The notes beneath the pieces were generated by a model. That model was not told the origin of the DNA. It saw only the letters and a list, made by a program, of their open reading frames with translations, and did no database searches. A DNA stretch of 64,000 nucleotides from Capsulimonadaceae bacterium (lineage in GTDB: Bacteria; Armatimonadota; Armatimonadia; Armatimonadales; Capsulimonadaceae). Within the stretch, counting starts at the first letter, position 1. Every line of letters starts with the position of its first letter. Shown here in pieces: positions 8,765 through 17,592 of the stretch. The stretch spans positions 2,368,001-2,432,000 of the forward strand of contig OZ244065.1 in assembly GCA_965215505.1 (NCBI GenBank), written 5' to 3'. The translations under genes were made by a program, and so were the position numbers.

Positions 8765-11706
8765 GCGTCTTTGTCTTTTGCCCGGCGCTTGGCGTCCAGC
8801 AGGCGGTTCGTGTAGCCCCCCTCGGTGCTGCCTCCTGACCCTGGACTTACCGGGGGCTTCGGCTTGGGCGGGAGCGAGGCGACGAAGGGGAATGACTCGT
8901 CGCTGACCTCCTGTGCGCGGGAGGCGCGGCGGTTCAGGAGCTGCTGCGTGGTCGTGGCGTCTTCCTCGGTGGCCTGCGTGCGTGCCGTCGTCTTGCGCTC
9001 CAGGAGGCGGTCCATCTGCGGGGTCGAAGGCTGAACCGTGGGGCGCGCGTTCGCGTCGCGGTAGCCGGCAACTTTCGCCCCGACCACCGACGCGCCGGTC
9101 GTGACGGCCCCGCGCACGGTCGAGGGCCGGATGAGCAGGCGGCGGACGGCGACATCGGCCAGAAACAGCAGGGCGGACCAGAGCAGCAGGAGCGGCCCGA
9201 TGTCGCGGACGCCGACCACCCAGGAGGGGGCGTCGCGATAGATCAGGGCGGCGTCGTTCTGCACCTTACCGCCCGTCCCTTCGGTCAGCCGGGTCAGGAG
9301 CGGCAGGTTCGGCCCCAGTGTCCGGTACTCCGGCGAATACGGTACGACGAGGCTGACGGTCTGCGAGGGCGGGGTCGGGCCGTTCGCGCCCGCATCCCCC
9401 TGGTGGACGTTGACGAGGTACGGGCCGGTCTGGTCGGCGTCAAAGACGCCCTCATAGCGGCCCGGCCCGGTCTGCGAGAGTGTCACCGGCTTCAGGGACA
9501 GGTCGGGGCCGACGACGTTCGCGCTGATCTTGGTGCCGTTGGCGAAACCGCCCGCCGCGTTGAAGGCGTCCACGACCAGGTGGCCCTTGCCGTTCTGGTT
9601 GTCCAGTGTGCTTTGGAAATCGGCGCTGGTGTTCTGGCGCAGCGACCAGCGCAAAGTCTGCGCCCAGAAGCGGGCGTAGCCGGGCCAGCCCAGCCAGTGA
9701 ACGGCCCAGTGCGGGCGGTCGTCGCTGGTGAAGGCGAAGGTCCGGCCCAGGCCGTAGCGCCAGTAGGCGAAGACGGGGTCGCGGTGGTCGGGCGCGGTCA
9801 GGGCGACGACCGCGCCGGGCTTGGCCGAAGACACGTTGTAGCCGAGCAGGGGCGGCTGGGATCCCCAATCGATGCCCGCGATGACCTCGTCGTCGGGGAT
9901 GGGCCGGGCGAGGAACGGCTCCTCGATGATCCGCAGCTTGCTGACCGACTGCTGATCTTTCAGAAGCAGGCGCGGCAGGTCCTCGGGCTTCTCGGCCACA
10001 TAGGCGGTGCCGCCGCCGATGGAGGACAGCGAGGCCAAAAACTGCGCCCCCTGGGCGTCCGCCCCGGTCGCGATGGTGGACAATGTGATGCCCGACTTCT
10101 TGAGGTTTTGCAGGTTGTTCGTGTTCTGGCCGGACTCATTGATGGCGTCGCCGTCGCCCAAAAAGATGATGTGCTTGACCTGGGCGGTCGTGTTGGTCAG
10201 GACGCGGCCCGCCTCCAGGATATAGGGGTCATAGGTCGGCGGGTCGTTCATGTCGGTGAGCGAGGCCATCATGCCCTTGATCTTGTTTTTGTCCGTGACC
10301 GCCTGCATGGGGATTCGCCAGGTCCCGTTGCAGTCTTCCACTCCGATCTGGTCCTGCGGGTCCAGCAGGTCCACGACCGCCTTGGCGGCCTCGATGGACA
10401 TGTTGACGTTGCCCGGCTCTTCCAGGTCCTCGATGACGAGCGCGACGGCGACGGTCGGGAAGCGCTTCTTGTCCTTGATGTCCATCTTGACCGGCAGGGC
10501 CGTCTCGATGGGAGTCCCGGTGTAGGCACCCGCCGCGAACGAGTTCGGCCCGCCCACCATGCCCAAGCCGACGCCGAACTCCTTGGTGGCCGTCTCCAAA
10601 GCGCTCATCTGCCCCGGCCCCAGCTCGTCGGCGGGCACGTCGGACAGGACCACGGCGTCGTAGGAGGCCAGGGCGGCGACACTCGCGGGGATGCCGCCGG
10701 GCGTCTGCACGTCCATGTCTATCTGCTGGGCGGCCAGGGCGTTTTTGATACTTGCTATGCCCGGCGAGGCGGCGTCGGCGATGTAGAGGACGCGGGGGCG
10801 GCCCTGGACGGACACGAACCCGAAGCCGTGGTTGTTCTCGGCGATGGTGTCGTTCGGGGCGGTCAGCACGGCGTCGTACTTGTGGAAGCCCGCGCCATGC
10901 ACGGTTTCGGAGTAGGTGAAGGCGTTCTTGCCGGCCTTGAGCTGGACGGACTGGACTCCGAGCGGCTGCCCGTCGCGCGTCAGCGTCAGAGTCCCCGCTT
11001 GGGCGACGGTGCTGGAGACGACCACGCGGACATCGAAGGGCTGGTCCTGCCGCGCCCGCGTCGGCATGGAAACGTCGTCCACCATCGCCTCGCCGGACGG
11101 TCCGCCGTTCGCCCCCGAACCAAGCGCGGTCGGGGCAACGTCCACGCGGACGCCGTCGGCGCGCAGGCCGTCAATCTCGGTCTCGGCCTCCCCGACATTC
11201 TCATTGCCGTCGGACAGGACGACGATCTTGCGGCCCAGCCCGGACGGGAACGACGACTTCGCCAGCCGCAGCGCCCCGGCCAAATCGGTCGCGTCCCCCG
11301 CGACGGTCGGCTTGCCCTGCTCCAGGGTCTGCATCGTCTCGGACGGGGCTTCGTCCACGTTGGACGTCCGTCCGAACTCGATCACGCCGCCCTGGTCCCC
11401 CACCCGCTTCGACCCCAATGCCTTGTTGATGTACTCGCGCCCGGCCGCCTGCTGGTCATTGCGGACGGACTTGGACACATCCAGCAGGAAGATCGTCGCC
11501 AGCTTGTCCGACCTCTCGACGAGGTGAATGCCCGCCAGGGCGCAGACCAGCAGGGTCGCCAGGAGCGAGCGGGCGACAAGCGCGAGCCGGGCGGTGCCGG
11601 TATCCAGCCCGGCATAGGAGCGCCGCCCGATCCACCAGAACGCCGCGAGGGCGAGTGGCAGCAGGAGCAGGAGCCAGGGACGGTCGAAGGAGACGGGGCT
11701 TTGCAT
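8761..11706 (-). CDS. Membrane VWA-domain protein with BatA-like N-terminus and class-I GATase-like (DUF1355) domain
   Basis: MIDAS DVSKS, TDLAGAL, LSDGNEN; GGPNSFAAGAY..TPIE..LPV; WRYGLGR..AFTSD; C-terminal TM. Confidence 0.85.
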   Translation of the reverse strand: MQSPVSFDRPWLLLLLPLALAAFWWIGRRSYAGLDTGTARLALVARSLLATLLVCALAGIHLVERSDKLATIFLLDVSKSVRNDQQAAGREYINKALGSKRVGDQGGVIEFGRTSNVDEAPSETMQTLEQGKPTVAGDATDLAGALRLAKSSFPSGLGRKIVVLSDGNENVGEAETEIDGLRADGVRVDVAPTALGSGANGGPSGEAMVDDVSMPTRARQDQPFDVRVVVSSTVAQAGTLTLTRDGQPLGVQSVQLKAGKNAFTYSETVHGAGFHKYDAVLTAPNDTIAENNHGFGFVSVQGRPRVLYIADAASPGIASIKNALAAQQIDMDVQTPGGIPASVAALASYDAVVLSDVPADELGPGQMSALETATKEFGVGLGMVGGPNSFAAGAYTGTPIETALPVKMDIKDKKRFPTVAVALVIEDLEEPGNVNMSIEAAKAVVDLLDPQDQIGVEDCNGTWRIPMQAVTDKNKIKGMMASLTDMNDPPTYDPYILEAGRVLTNTTAQVKHIIFLGDGDAINESGQNTNNLQNLKKSGITLSTIATGADAQGAQFLASLSSIGGGTAYVAEKPEDLPRLLLKDQQSVSKLRIIEEPFLARPIPDDEVIAGIDWGSQPPLLGYNVSSAKPGAVVALTAPDHRDPVFAYWRYGLGRTFAFTSDDRPHWAVHWLGWPGYARFWAQTLRWSLRQNTSADFQSTLDNQNGKGHLVVDAFNAAGGFANGTKISANVVGPDLSLKPVTLSQTGPGRYEGVFDADQTGPYLVNVHQGDAGANGPTPPSQTVSLVVPYSPEYRTLGPNLPLLTRLTEGTGGKVQNDAALIYRDAPSWVVGVRDIGPLLLLWSALLFLADVAVRRLLIRPSTVRGAVTTGASVVGAKVAGYRDANARPTVQPSTPQMDRLLERKTTARTQATEEDATTTQQLLNRRASRAQEVSDESFPFVASLPPKPKPPVSPGSGGSTEGGYTNRLLDAKRRAKDKDA

Positions 11707-11712
11707 GGGCGG

Positions 11713-12216
11713 TTATCGTAACGATAAAGACAGGAACCATGCCATGAATGGCACGGCTAGACGGCCTACGGCCAGGGAAACGCCGCTTCGCGGGGTTGGG
11801 AATTCCCAGTCGGCGGCGCGTTCCATTTTGGCGGAGAGTTTGCCGGCGGCATGATGCTCTTTCTGGCGGTCTACATAGCGGACGATGCGCGGCAGATCAT
11901 TCGAGGTGAAAGTCAAAATCCCATAGCCTTCCTGCCAGTAGAGGCCGTCCTTTGCCTCGGGCAGATGGTTGATGGAATGCGCGGACGCGCCCTTGATGTG
12001 GCGCATGAAGTCCGCAGGAGCCAGGGTTGCCGGCAGAGTGACGGCGAGATGCACATGGTCCGGCATCCCGTTCAGCGCGTGAATGTGAACGTGTAAGATT
12101 TTGCACTTCTGCCGGATGTGCCGGTGCAGTGTCCGCTCCATCTCGTCCGTGACGTAATGCTCCCGCTTGTGCGTCGCCCACACAAAATGCTGAAATGCTT
12201 CCATGTAAATGCCCAT
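11713..12216 (-). CDS. tnpA: IS200/IS605-superfamily HUH (Y1) transposase, stand-alone with no tnpB; RAYT-like context
   Basis: HFVWATHKR, MPDHVHL (HUH), WQEGYG, RYVDRQKEHH (catalytic Tyr); RBS AGGAGG upstream of ATG 12216. Confidence 0.88.
   Translation of the reverse strand: MGIYMEAFQHFVWATHKREHYVTDEMERTLHRHIRQKCKILHVHIHALNGMPDHVHLAVTLPATLAPADFMRHIKGASAHSINHLPEAKDGLYWQEGYGILTFTSNDLPRIVRYVDRQKEHHAAGKLSAKMERAADWEFPTPRSGVSLAVGRLAVPFMAWFLSLSLR
11737..11795. repeat. Half REPIN-like element overlapping the tnpA 3' end
   Basis: Arm ccatgccatgaatggcacggcta (11737-11759) followed by the inner ccgcttcgcgg motif, as in the 12255 and 17318 elements. Confidence 0.75.
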
Positions 12217-12254
12217 TAGGCCGCCCTCCTGGCTTTGTCTGAATTCTGAGAGGA

Positions 12255-12391
12255 CCATGTGTTAAAACACACGGCTATTCGGCCTGCGGCCACGAAGTAC
12301 CGCTTCGCGGCACTCGGATGGGATTCTCTTATCCCCGCGAAGCGGGGATTGTTGGCGTCTGCGCCGTCTAGCCGTGTGTTTTAACACATGG
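12255..12391. repeat. REPIN-like palindromic element (137 bp)
   Basis: Perfect 23-bp IR 12255-12277 / 12369-12391, each arm a hairpin; inner IR ccgcttcgcgg 12300-12310 / 12335-12345. Confidence 0.85.
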
Positions 12392-12472
12392 CCCCCCGGC
12401 GTGGTCATAGTATGTCTACGCCCCTCCACCGCACTTCGTCTCCTCAGTATACCATGGGGTACACTCAATCCT

Positions 12473-14026
12473 GTGAATGAAACCAAGTACGACGCCATCA
12501 TTATCGGCGCGGGCCACAACGGGCTGGTCTGCGCGTGCTACCTCGCCAAAGCGGGGCATAAAGTCCTGGTCCTGGAGCGGCGGCCGGTCGTCGGGGGCGC
12601 GGTGGTGACGGAGGAGGTCTGGCCGGGCTACAAGATCGACCTCGGATCGTCCGTCCACCTGATGATCCACCGGACGCCCATCGTGGCCGACCTCCACCTG
12701 GCCCGGCACGGGCTGGAATACATCGAGATGGACCCGTGGGCCTCCCTGCCGCTGCCGGGGGGGCGCGCGCTCTGCTTCCACCGGGACCTGGGCAAGACCT
12801 GCGAGAGTATCGCGCAAATCTCGCAGCGCGACGCCGTGGCCTATGAGGACTTCGTCAAGCGGTGGCTGCCGGTCACGCGCGGCGTCTTTGAAGCCTTCCA
12901 GAAGCCGCCGACGATGGCGAGCTTCGGGCGGCACGTCATCTTCGCCAAGTCGCCCGGACGGAATACGGCGGACGCCCTGCGGATGATCGTCTCGGGCTAC
13001 GGGCGGCTGATCCAGGAGACGTTTGAGAGCGTGGAGATGCGCGCGGCCCTGGGCTGGCTGGGCGCGCAGTCCGGCCCCGCGCCGACCGAGCCGGGCACGG
13101 GGCCGTTCGCCGCCTGGTGGGGGGCGGTGCATGAGACGGGCGCGTTCCGGGCAAAGGGCGGGTCGGGGATGCTGACCGTCGCCCTGCGCCGGGCCTTTGA
13201 AGCCCTGGGCGGGACCGTCTTGACGGACGCGGCCGCCGAGCGGATCATCATGGAGGGCGGCGCGGCGCGGGGCGTGGTCGCGGGCGGCGAGACGTATTAC
13301 GCCAACGCAGTTGTCGCCGCCTGCCACGTCCTGACCACATTTCAGAAGCTGCTGCGGCCCGAGGACGTGCCCGCCGACCTGGCGAACCGTCTGAGCGCCG
13401 TGAACGTCGGCAACGGCTTCGGCATGACTGTCCGCTGCGCGGCCTCCGAGTTGCCCGACTACGGGGCGGGTCAGCCCCATCAGGTACATCAAGGGATGCA
13501 GCTACTCTGCCCCACCCCGGAGTTTTTGACGGACGCCTATGCGGACTATGTCGGCGGCCACCCGTCGCGCCGCCCGCCCGTCCTCGCCATGACGTTCACC
13601 GCACTGGACGGCTCAATCGCGCCGCCCGGCAAGCACATCGTTCAGTTGTGGTCCCAATACTTCCCCTACAAGCGCCGCGACGGACGGGACTGGGACGAGG
13701 CGCGGGAGGAGGTGGCCGACACGATCTGCGAGACGCTGTATGCCTACGCCCCCAACATGCGCGGGGCCATCGAGGCCCGCTTCATCCAGACGCCGCTCGA
13801 CCTGGAGCGGACCCTGGGCCTGGTGAACGGCAACGTGATGCACGTCGAGATGTCCCTGGACCAGATGTTCGCCTTCCGCCCGCTGCCCGAGCTGGCCGAA
13901 TACAAGACCCCCGTCCCCGGCCTGTTCCTCTCCGGTGCCAGCACCCACCCCGGCGGGGGCGTCTTCGGGGCCTCGGGCCTGAGCGCGGCGCGGGTGGTGA
14001 GTCAGGCGCTAAAGAAGGGACGGTGA
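12473..14026 (+). CDS. Phytoene dehydrogenase-like FAD-dependent oxidoreductase (COG1233)
   Basis: YDAIIIGAGHNGL, LERR..VGGA, TPLDLE..GL..GN..H, GASTHPGGGV; GTG start 12473. Confidence 0.88.
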   Translation: MNETKYDAIIIGAGHNGLVCACYLAKAGHKVLVLERRPVVGGAVVTEEVWPGYKIDLGSSVHLMIHRTPIVADLHLARHGLEYIEMDPWASLPLPGGRALCFHRDLGKTCESIAQISQRDAVAYEDFVKRWLPVTRGVFEAFQKPPTMASFGRHVIFAKSPGRNTADALRMIVSGYGRLIQETFESVEMRAALGWLGAQSGPAPTEPGTGPFAAWWGAVHETGAFRAKGGSGMLTVALRRAFEALGGTVLTDAAAERIIMEGGAARGVVAGGETYYANAVVAACHVLTTFQKLLRPEDVPADLANRLSAVNVGNGFGMTVRCAASELPDYGAGQPHQVHQGMQLLCPTPEFLTDAYADYVGGHPSRRPPVLAMTFTALDGSIAPPGKHIVQLWSQYFPYKRRDGRDWDEAREEVADTICETLYAYAPNMRGAIEARFIQTPLDLERTLGLVNGNVMHVEMSLDQMFAFRPLPELAEYKTPVPGLFLSGASTHPGGGVFGASGLSAARVVSQALKKGR

Positions 14027-14049
14027 TCCTAGTTTGCCCCCGGCTCGGA

Positions 14050-14925
14050 CTACTTGAACTGCTCGCCGCCGAGTACGGTGCCGTCCCCGGCATCCACATA
14101 CACGGATTCATCGCCGATAGGGACGGACCATGCCAGACGCACCTTGGGGGTCGAGGTCCGTTGAGACGCTGTGCCCCCAAATGCTCCGTTCGGCTCGACA
14201 TAGCCCAGCGTGGGCGGGGAAGCGGCCAGCCTCGCTCCGCGCGGGCGGGTGTATGGCACGGTGCTGCGCCGGGCGTACCAGTTCCGGCGGGCGGTGCGGG
14301 CACGAGCGGTCGCTTGATCCCGCGTCAGCCTCCGCGTCCAGCTTACGGGCACGAGGTTCCAGTGCTGGGCGAGAAAGACGAGCTGCCCGTCTTGGGGGTC
14401 CAGCACGAGCGCCATGACGTTGGCGCGGCCAATGAAATGGTATCCATGGGGTCGGACGCTGAACGTCGCCTCTGTCCCCCTGGCGTTGATGTCAAGCCGT
14501 GCCAGATAAGCCTGTGGAGGAAGCCCGATAGCCCGTGCCAGGTGCCACAGCCGGTCAGTTGCGCTTTTGCGGTCGGCGGGGACAGGGGAAGAGATCTTCT
14601 GCCGGTTGTGGATTCGCTGCCATGTCCGGCGGTTGTTGTCGAAGAAGACGGGCTGGCCGTTGCCGGCGTCAATGTCAACTTCGTAGTCTCCGCCGAAGCT
14701 TACATCCCAGATGACGCCGTTGATCTTGTGATCCAGGCGGGACCTGACGCCCGCGCTGGGGGCGGGCAGGTTGCAGATGTTCAGAAAGCGCCGGGCATCG
14801 GAGACGGCTGCATCTGCCGTGATCTGACCGGGGGCCGGCGCGGACGGTTCATGACGGATGCCTTGGGCCGCTGCACTCGCCGCGATGCACAGGCCGATGA
14901 CAGAGGAGAGACAAGCGTGTTTCAT
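14050..14925 (-). CDS. Secreted hypothetical protein, PepSY-like repeats
   Basis: Signal peptide; VDIDAGNG, LDPQDG, VYVDAGDGTVLG hairpin motifs. Confidence 0.6.
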   Translation of the reverse strand: MKHACLSSVIGLCIAASAAAQGIRHEPSAPAPGQITADAAVSDARRFLNICNLPAPSAGVRSRLDHKINGVIWDVSFGGDYEVDIDAGNGQPVFFDNNRRTWQRIHNRQKISSPVPADRKSATDRLWHLARAIGLPPQAYLARLDINARGTEATFSVRPHGYHFIGRANVMALVLDPQDGQLVFLAQHWNLVPVSWTRRLTRDQATARARTARRNWYARRSTVPYTRPRGARLAASPPTLGYVEPNGAFGGTASQRTSTPKVRLAWSVPIGDESVYVDAGDGTVLGGEQFK

Positions 14926-14966
14926 TGGGGACCGTCAGCTTTCTGAGGCCGGATGGGGGGCAGGCC

Positions 14967-15857
14967 TTACGGCTCCTCCGGCGGCCACAGGGCGGCGGCA
15001 CCGGGGGGCGGGGCCCAGGGGTCTTGGGGGTGGTAGTGACGCCAGACCAGCCGGGACAGGGCGCGGATGGCGGCCAGGCCCTCGTTATCGTGCGTCCACC
15101 GGTCGTCGCGCTGGCCCTTGGTGAAGACGGTCAGGACGTACTCGCCGCTCGGCGCGAAGACGTAGGCGGTGTCGGAGCGGTGGCCGTCAATCGCGCCGGT
15201 CTTGTGGGCGATCTGGACAGACGGGGGGATTTCGGCGGCGATGGCGCTGTCCCAGTACTGGTGCGCCAGCAGGCGCAGCATCCGGTCGCAGGCGGCGTGG
15301 CTCGCGGCCTGCCCGTCGCGGATCATCTCCAGCAGGCGCCCCATCTCGGCGGGCGTGGTCATGCCCAGGCCGTATTGCTGCTGCAAGGGCAGCAGGCCGA
15401 GCTCCACCTTCTGCGGCCCGTTCAGCAGCTTCGTCTGCGTCAGCCCTAGCCCGGCCAGCCATGCATTGACGTTCCCCTGCCCGACGACCTCGCGCAGCAC
15501 CATGGTGGCGGTGTTGTCGCTCATGGTGATCATCAGGTCGAGCCACTGCGGCAGCGGGAGCGGGGTGCCGGGCGGGAAGAAGAAGGAGTAGCCGCCCTCC
15601 TGACGCGGGACTAAGGCAGGGGGTGTGGGGAAGCTGTCTGACCACTGAAGCCGGCCCGCATCCACCTGAGACATGACCGTCCCCATGATGGCGGTCTTGA
15701 TGGTGCTGGCGGTCGGAAAGGCTTCGTCGCCCTGGCTGGCGATCTTCTCCCCTCGCCCACGGTGATGCAGGCTGTAGCCCAGCGTCCCGCCGAAGCCGTC
15801 AGCGATGCCTTCCATCGCGGCTTCCAGTGCCGCCAAATCCTGCGCCTGCTCTGCCAC
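14967..15857 (-). CDS. Class A beta-lactamase-like serine hydrolase (Beta-lactamase2 family)
   Basis: SxxK (ASTIK), SDN, HKTG; no signal peptide. Confidence 0.85.
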   Translation of the reverse strand: MAEQAQDLAALEAAMEGIADGFGGTLGYSLHHRGRGEKIASQGDEAFPTASTIKTAIMGTVMSQVDAGRLQWSDSFPTPPALVPRQEGGYSFFFPPGTPLPLPQWLDLMITMSDNTATMVLREVVGQGNVNAWLAGLGLTQTKLLNGPQKVELGLLPLQQQYGLGMTTPAEMGRLLEMIRDGQAASHAACDRMLRLLAHQYWDSAIAAEIPPSVQIAHKTGAIDGHRSDTAYVFAPSGEYVLTVFTKGQRDDRWTHDNEGLAAIRALSRLVWRHYHPQDPWAPPPGAAALWPPEEP

Positions 15858-15878
15858 GCGGCCTCCCGAGCGTCGCCC

Positions 15879-16148
15879 CTACGGGGGGGCCGCTGCCCCT
15901 TTGTTTTCGTTCTGCTTCTGCTTCATCTCTTCCTGATCGCCGGGGGACATCGGCGAGGGGGCGGCAGCGCCCGGCGCTCCAGGCGTCGCCGCCGCTGTGG
16001 GTGCCGCCGCGACCGGGGCCGGGGCCGACGGCGGGGGGGCGGCTGGATGGCTACACCCGGAGATCATCGCCCCGCCGATCAGCAGGGCCGCCGTGACAGC
16101 CGCCGCGCGGAGCTGGACTGAAATCTTTTCATCTCGCACGATGCTCAT
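15879..16148 (-). CDS. Small Pro/Ala-rich lipoprotein partnering the prepilin-type gene
   Basis: Lipobox ISGC; RBS-like GAAAGG; directly downstream of the DUF1559 gene. Confidence 0.65.
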   Translation of the reverse strand: MSIVRDEKISVQLRAAAVTAALLIGGAMISGCSHPAAPPPSAPAPVAAAPTAAATPGAPGAAAPSPMSPGDQEEMKQKQNENKGAAAPP

Positions 16149-16243
16149 GCATTTGCCTTTCTCTTGGCTTGGGTTCAGGGCCGCTCGCTGAGACGGCCCT
16201 GAAAGAGTGTTCTTCCAGGGCCGCCGCTTGCCGAGTCAGGCTT

Positions 16244-17095
16244 CTAGGGCCACATGTCGTTGCCGGTGATGCTCCAGTAGTGGCCGGACAGGGTCATGTC
16301 GCTCGTCCGCATGGCTTTCACATGGCCGTCGCAGAAGGCCACCACGGTAAAGGAATTCGGGTCGGGCTGCTGGGCCCTGAGCGTCTTCATGTAGCTCTGC
16401 GAGTGCCGCCCCGGAAGCGTCTCCATGGCACCGTTGTAGGTGTTTGGCGCGCAGGGCAGCGCAGGGCAGCCACTGTAGTTGTCGAAGGCGGACAGGGCCA
16501 GCGCCCGACCGGGGAGTACCCCGTAGGTGGCGGTGTCCCACGTCTCGACGACCGCCGCCGCCGTGGCAGGCGCCTGGACCTGAGCCAGACTCACGGGGAG
16601 GTAGGTGGTGTTGACGCCCGACGGCTCGTACCAGTTCACGAGGTCATCACTGATGCCGTAGGAGGTCACGTTGCCCACAGTGGTCTGGACCTGCGGGGCC
16701 GAAGGCCCATCGGGGCAGATAAAGACGCCTGAAAGGTCCTTGGCCGCCGCCTGACCGCCCGCCAGACTGGTGCCAGCCTTCTGGATGTAGGCGGACACGG
16801 TCTGGGGCCAATACTGCTGGTTACCGGTGTAGGAGGCATTACCCGGATTGTACCCACTGAAGTAGGGGCAATACTTCTCATCGGAGTCCTGGATGTACAT
16901 GACCAGGCCCAGCCCGATCTGCTTCAGGTTAGACTGGCAGGAGGCGCGGCGGGCATTCTCGCGGACCTTCTGGAAGACGGGGAAAAGAATGGCGGCAAGA
17001 ATCGCGATGATGGCGATGACGACGAGCAGCTCGATCAGGGTGAAGCCGTGGCGCGGGCGCGGGCGGCTGGAGACAGTGGACGAGAGAGTAGACAT
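16244..17095 (-). CDS. Prepilin-type N-terminal cleavage/methylation protein, DUF1559 with H-X9-DG-type C-terminus
   Basis: [43 protein letters not shown]...[16 protein letters not shown]. Confidence 0.92.
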   Translation of the reverse strand: MSTLSSTVSSRPRPRHGFTLIELLVVIAIIAILAAILFPVFQKVRENARRASCQSNLKQIGLGLVMYIQDSDEKYCPYFSGYNPGNASYTGNQQYWPQTVSAYIQKAGTSLAGGQAAAKDLSGVFICPDGPSAPQVQTTVGNVTSYGISDDLVNWYEPSGVNTTYLPVSLAQVQAPATAAAVVETWDTATYGVLPGRALALSAFDNYSGCPALPCAPNTYNGAMETLPGRHSQSYMKTLRAQQPDPNSFTVVAFCDGHVKAMRTSDMTLSGHYWSITGNDMWP

Positions 17096-17317
17096 GGCTT
17101 TCGCCTCCTTCAACAAAGCGGTCGGGCCAGCCTGCGGCGGTGCAGGATTCTGGCAAAGCTTCTGAAAAGAGGGCAACGGCGCCCAGAGACAGCAGTGGGA
17201 CGAGTGAGGATGCTAGGCGGATTATAGCACGTCTGCACCGGGTTTGCAAGCCCAAGCGGAGGGACTTTCGCGGTTTTTTGTGGTTCTTCGCTGTCTATGC
17301 TACGGACCATGGCAGAA

Positions 17318-17478
17318 CCATGTGTTGAAACACACGGCTGGACGGCGAAGACGCCACGAAGTACCGCTTCTGCATTGGCAGACCCGGAGGGCGCGGCACT
17401 CGGATAAATCCCTCTGATCCCCGCGAAGCGTGAGATTCACGGCGTCTTCGCCGTCTAGCCGTGCCATTCACGGCATGG
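17318..17478. repeat. REPIN-like palindromic element (161 bp, with 22-nt insert)
   Basis: Arms ccatgtgttgaaacacacggctg and tagccgtgccattcacggcatgg; perfect 15-bp IR 17341-17355 / 17441-17455; interior homologous to the 12255 element. Confidence 0.85.
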
Positions 17479-17592
17479 TTTCCGTCGCGGCATGGCGCAT
17501 TGAGGCCCGACCTTTGACGCCGACCCCTTGACGCCGGGCCGCTTCCGGGTTACAATGCCGCAAGTCCCCGCCCGACAGGAGTCCACCAGCCC

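Noticed and set aside
9403-11721. Long antisense ORFs (e.g. 9403..11721, 23308..25350, 35398..37731, 53947..55533)
   Set aside because: Shadow ORFs opposite well-supported genes in high-GC DNA
12473-14026. Carotenoid biosynthesis cluster
   Set aside because: A single COG1233 oxidoreductase with no crtB or crtE neighbours
14967-15857. Functional class A beta-lactamase resistance gene
   Set aside because: No signal peptide and no clear omega-loop ExxLN; more likely a generic serine hydrolase
12255-17478. Palindromic repeats as a CRISPR array or integron attC sites
   Set aside because: They are dispersed with no repeat-spacer periodicity, no cas or intI gene, and no RYYYAAC/GTTRRRY ends
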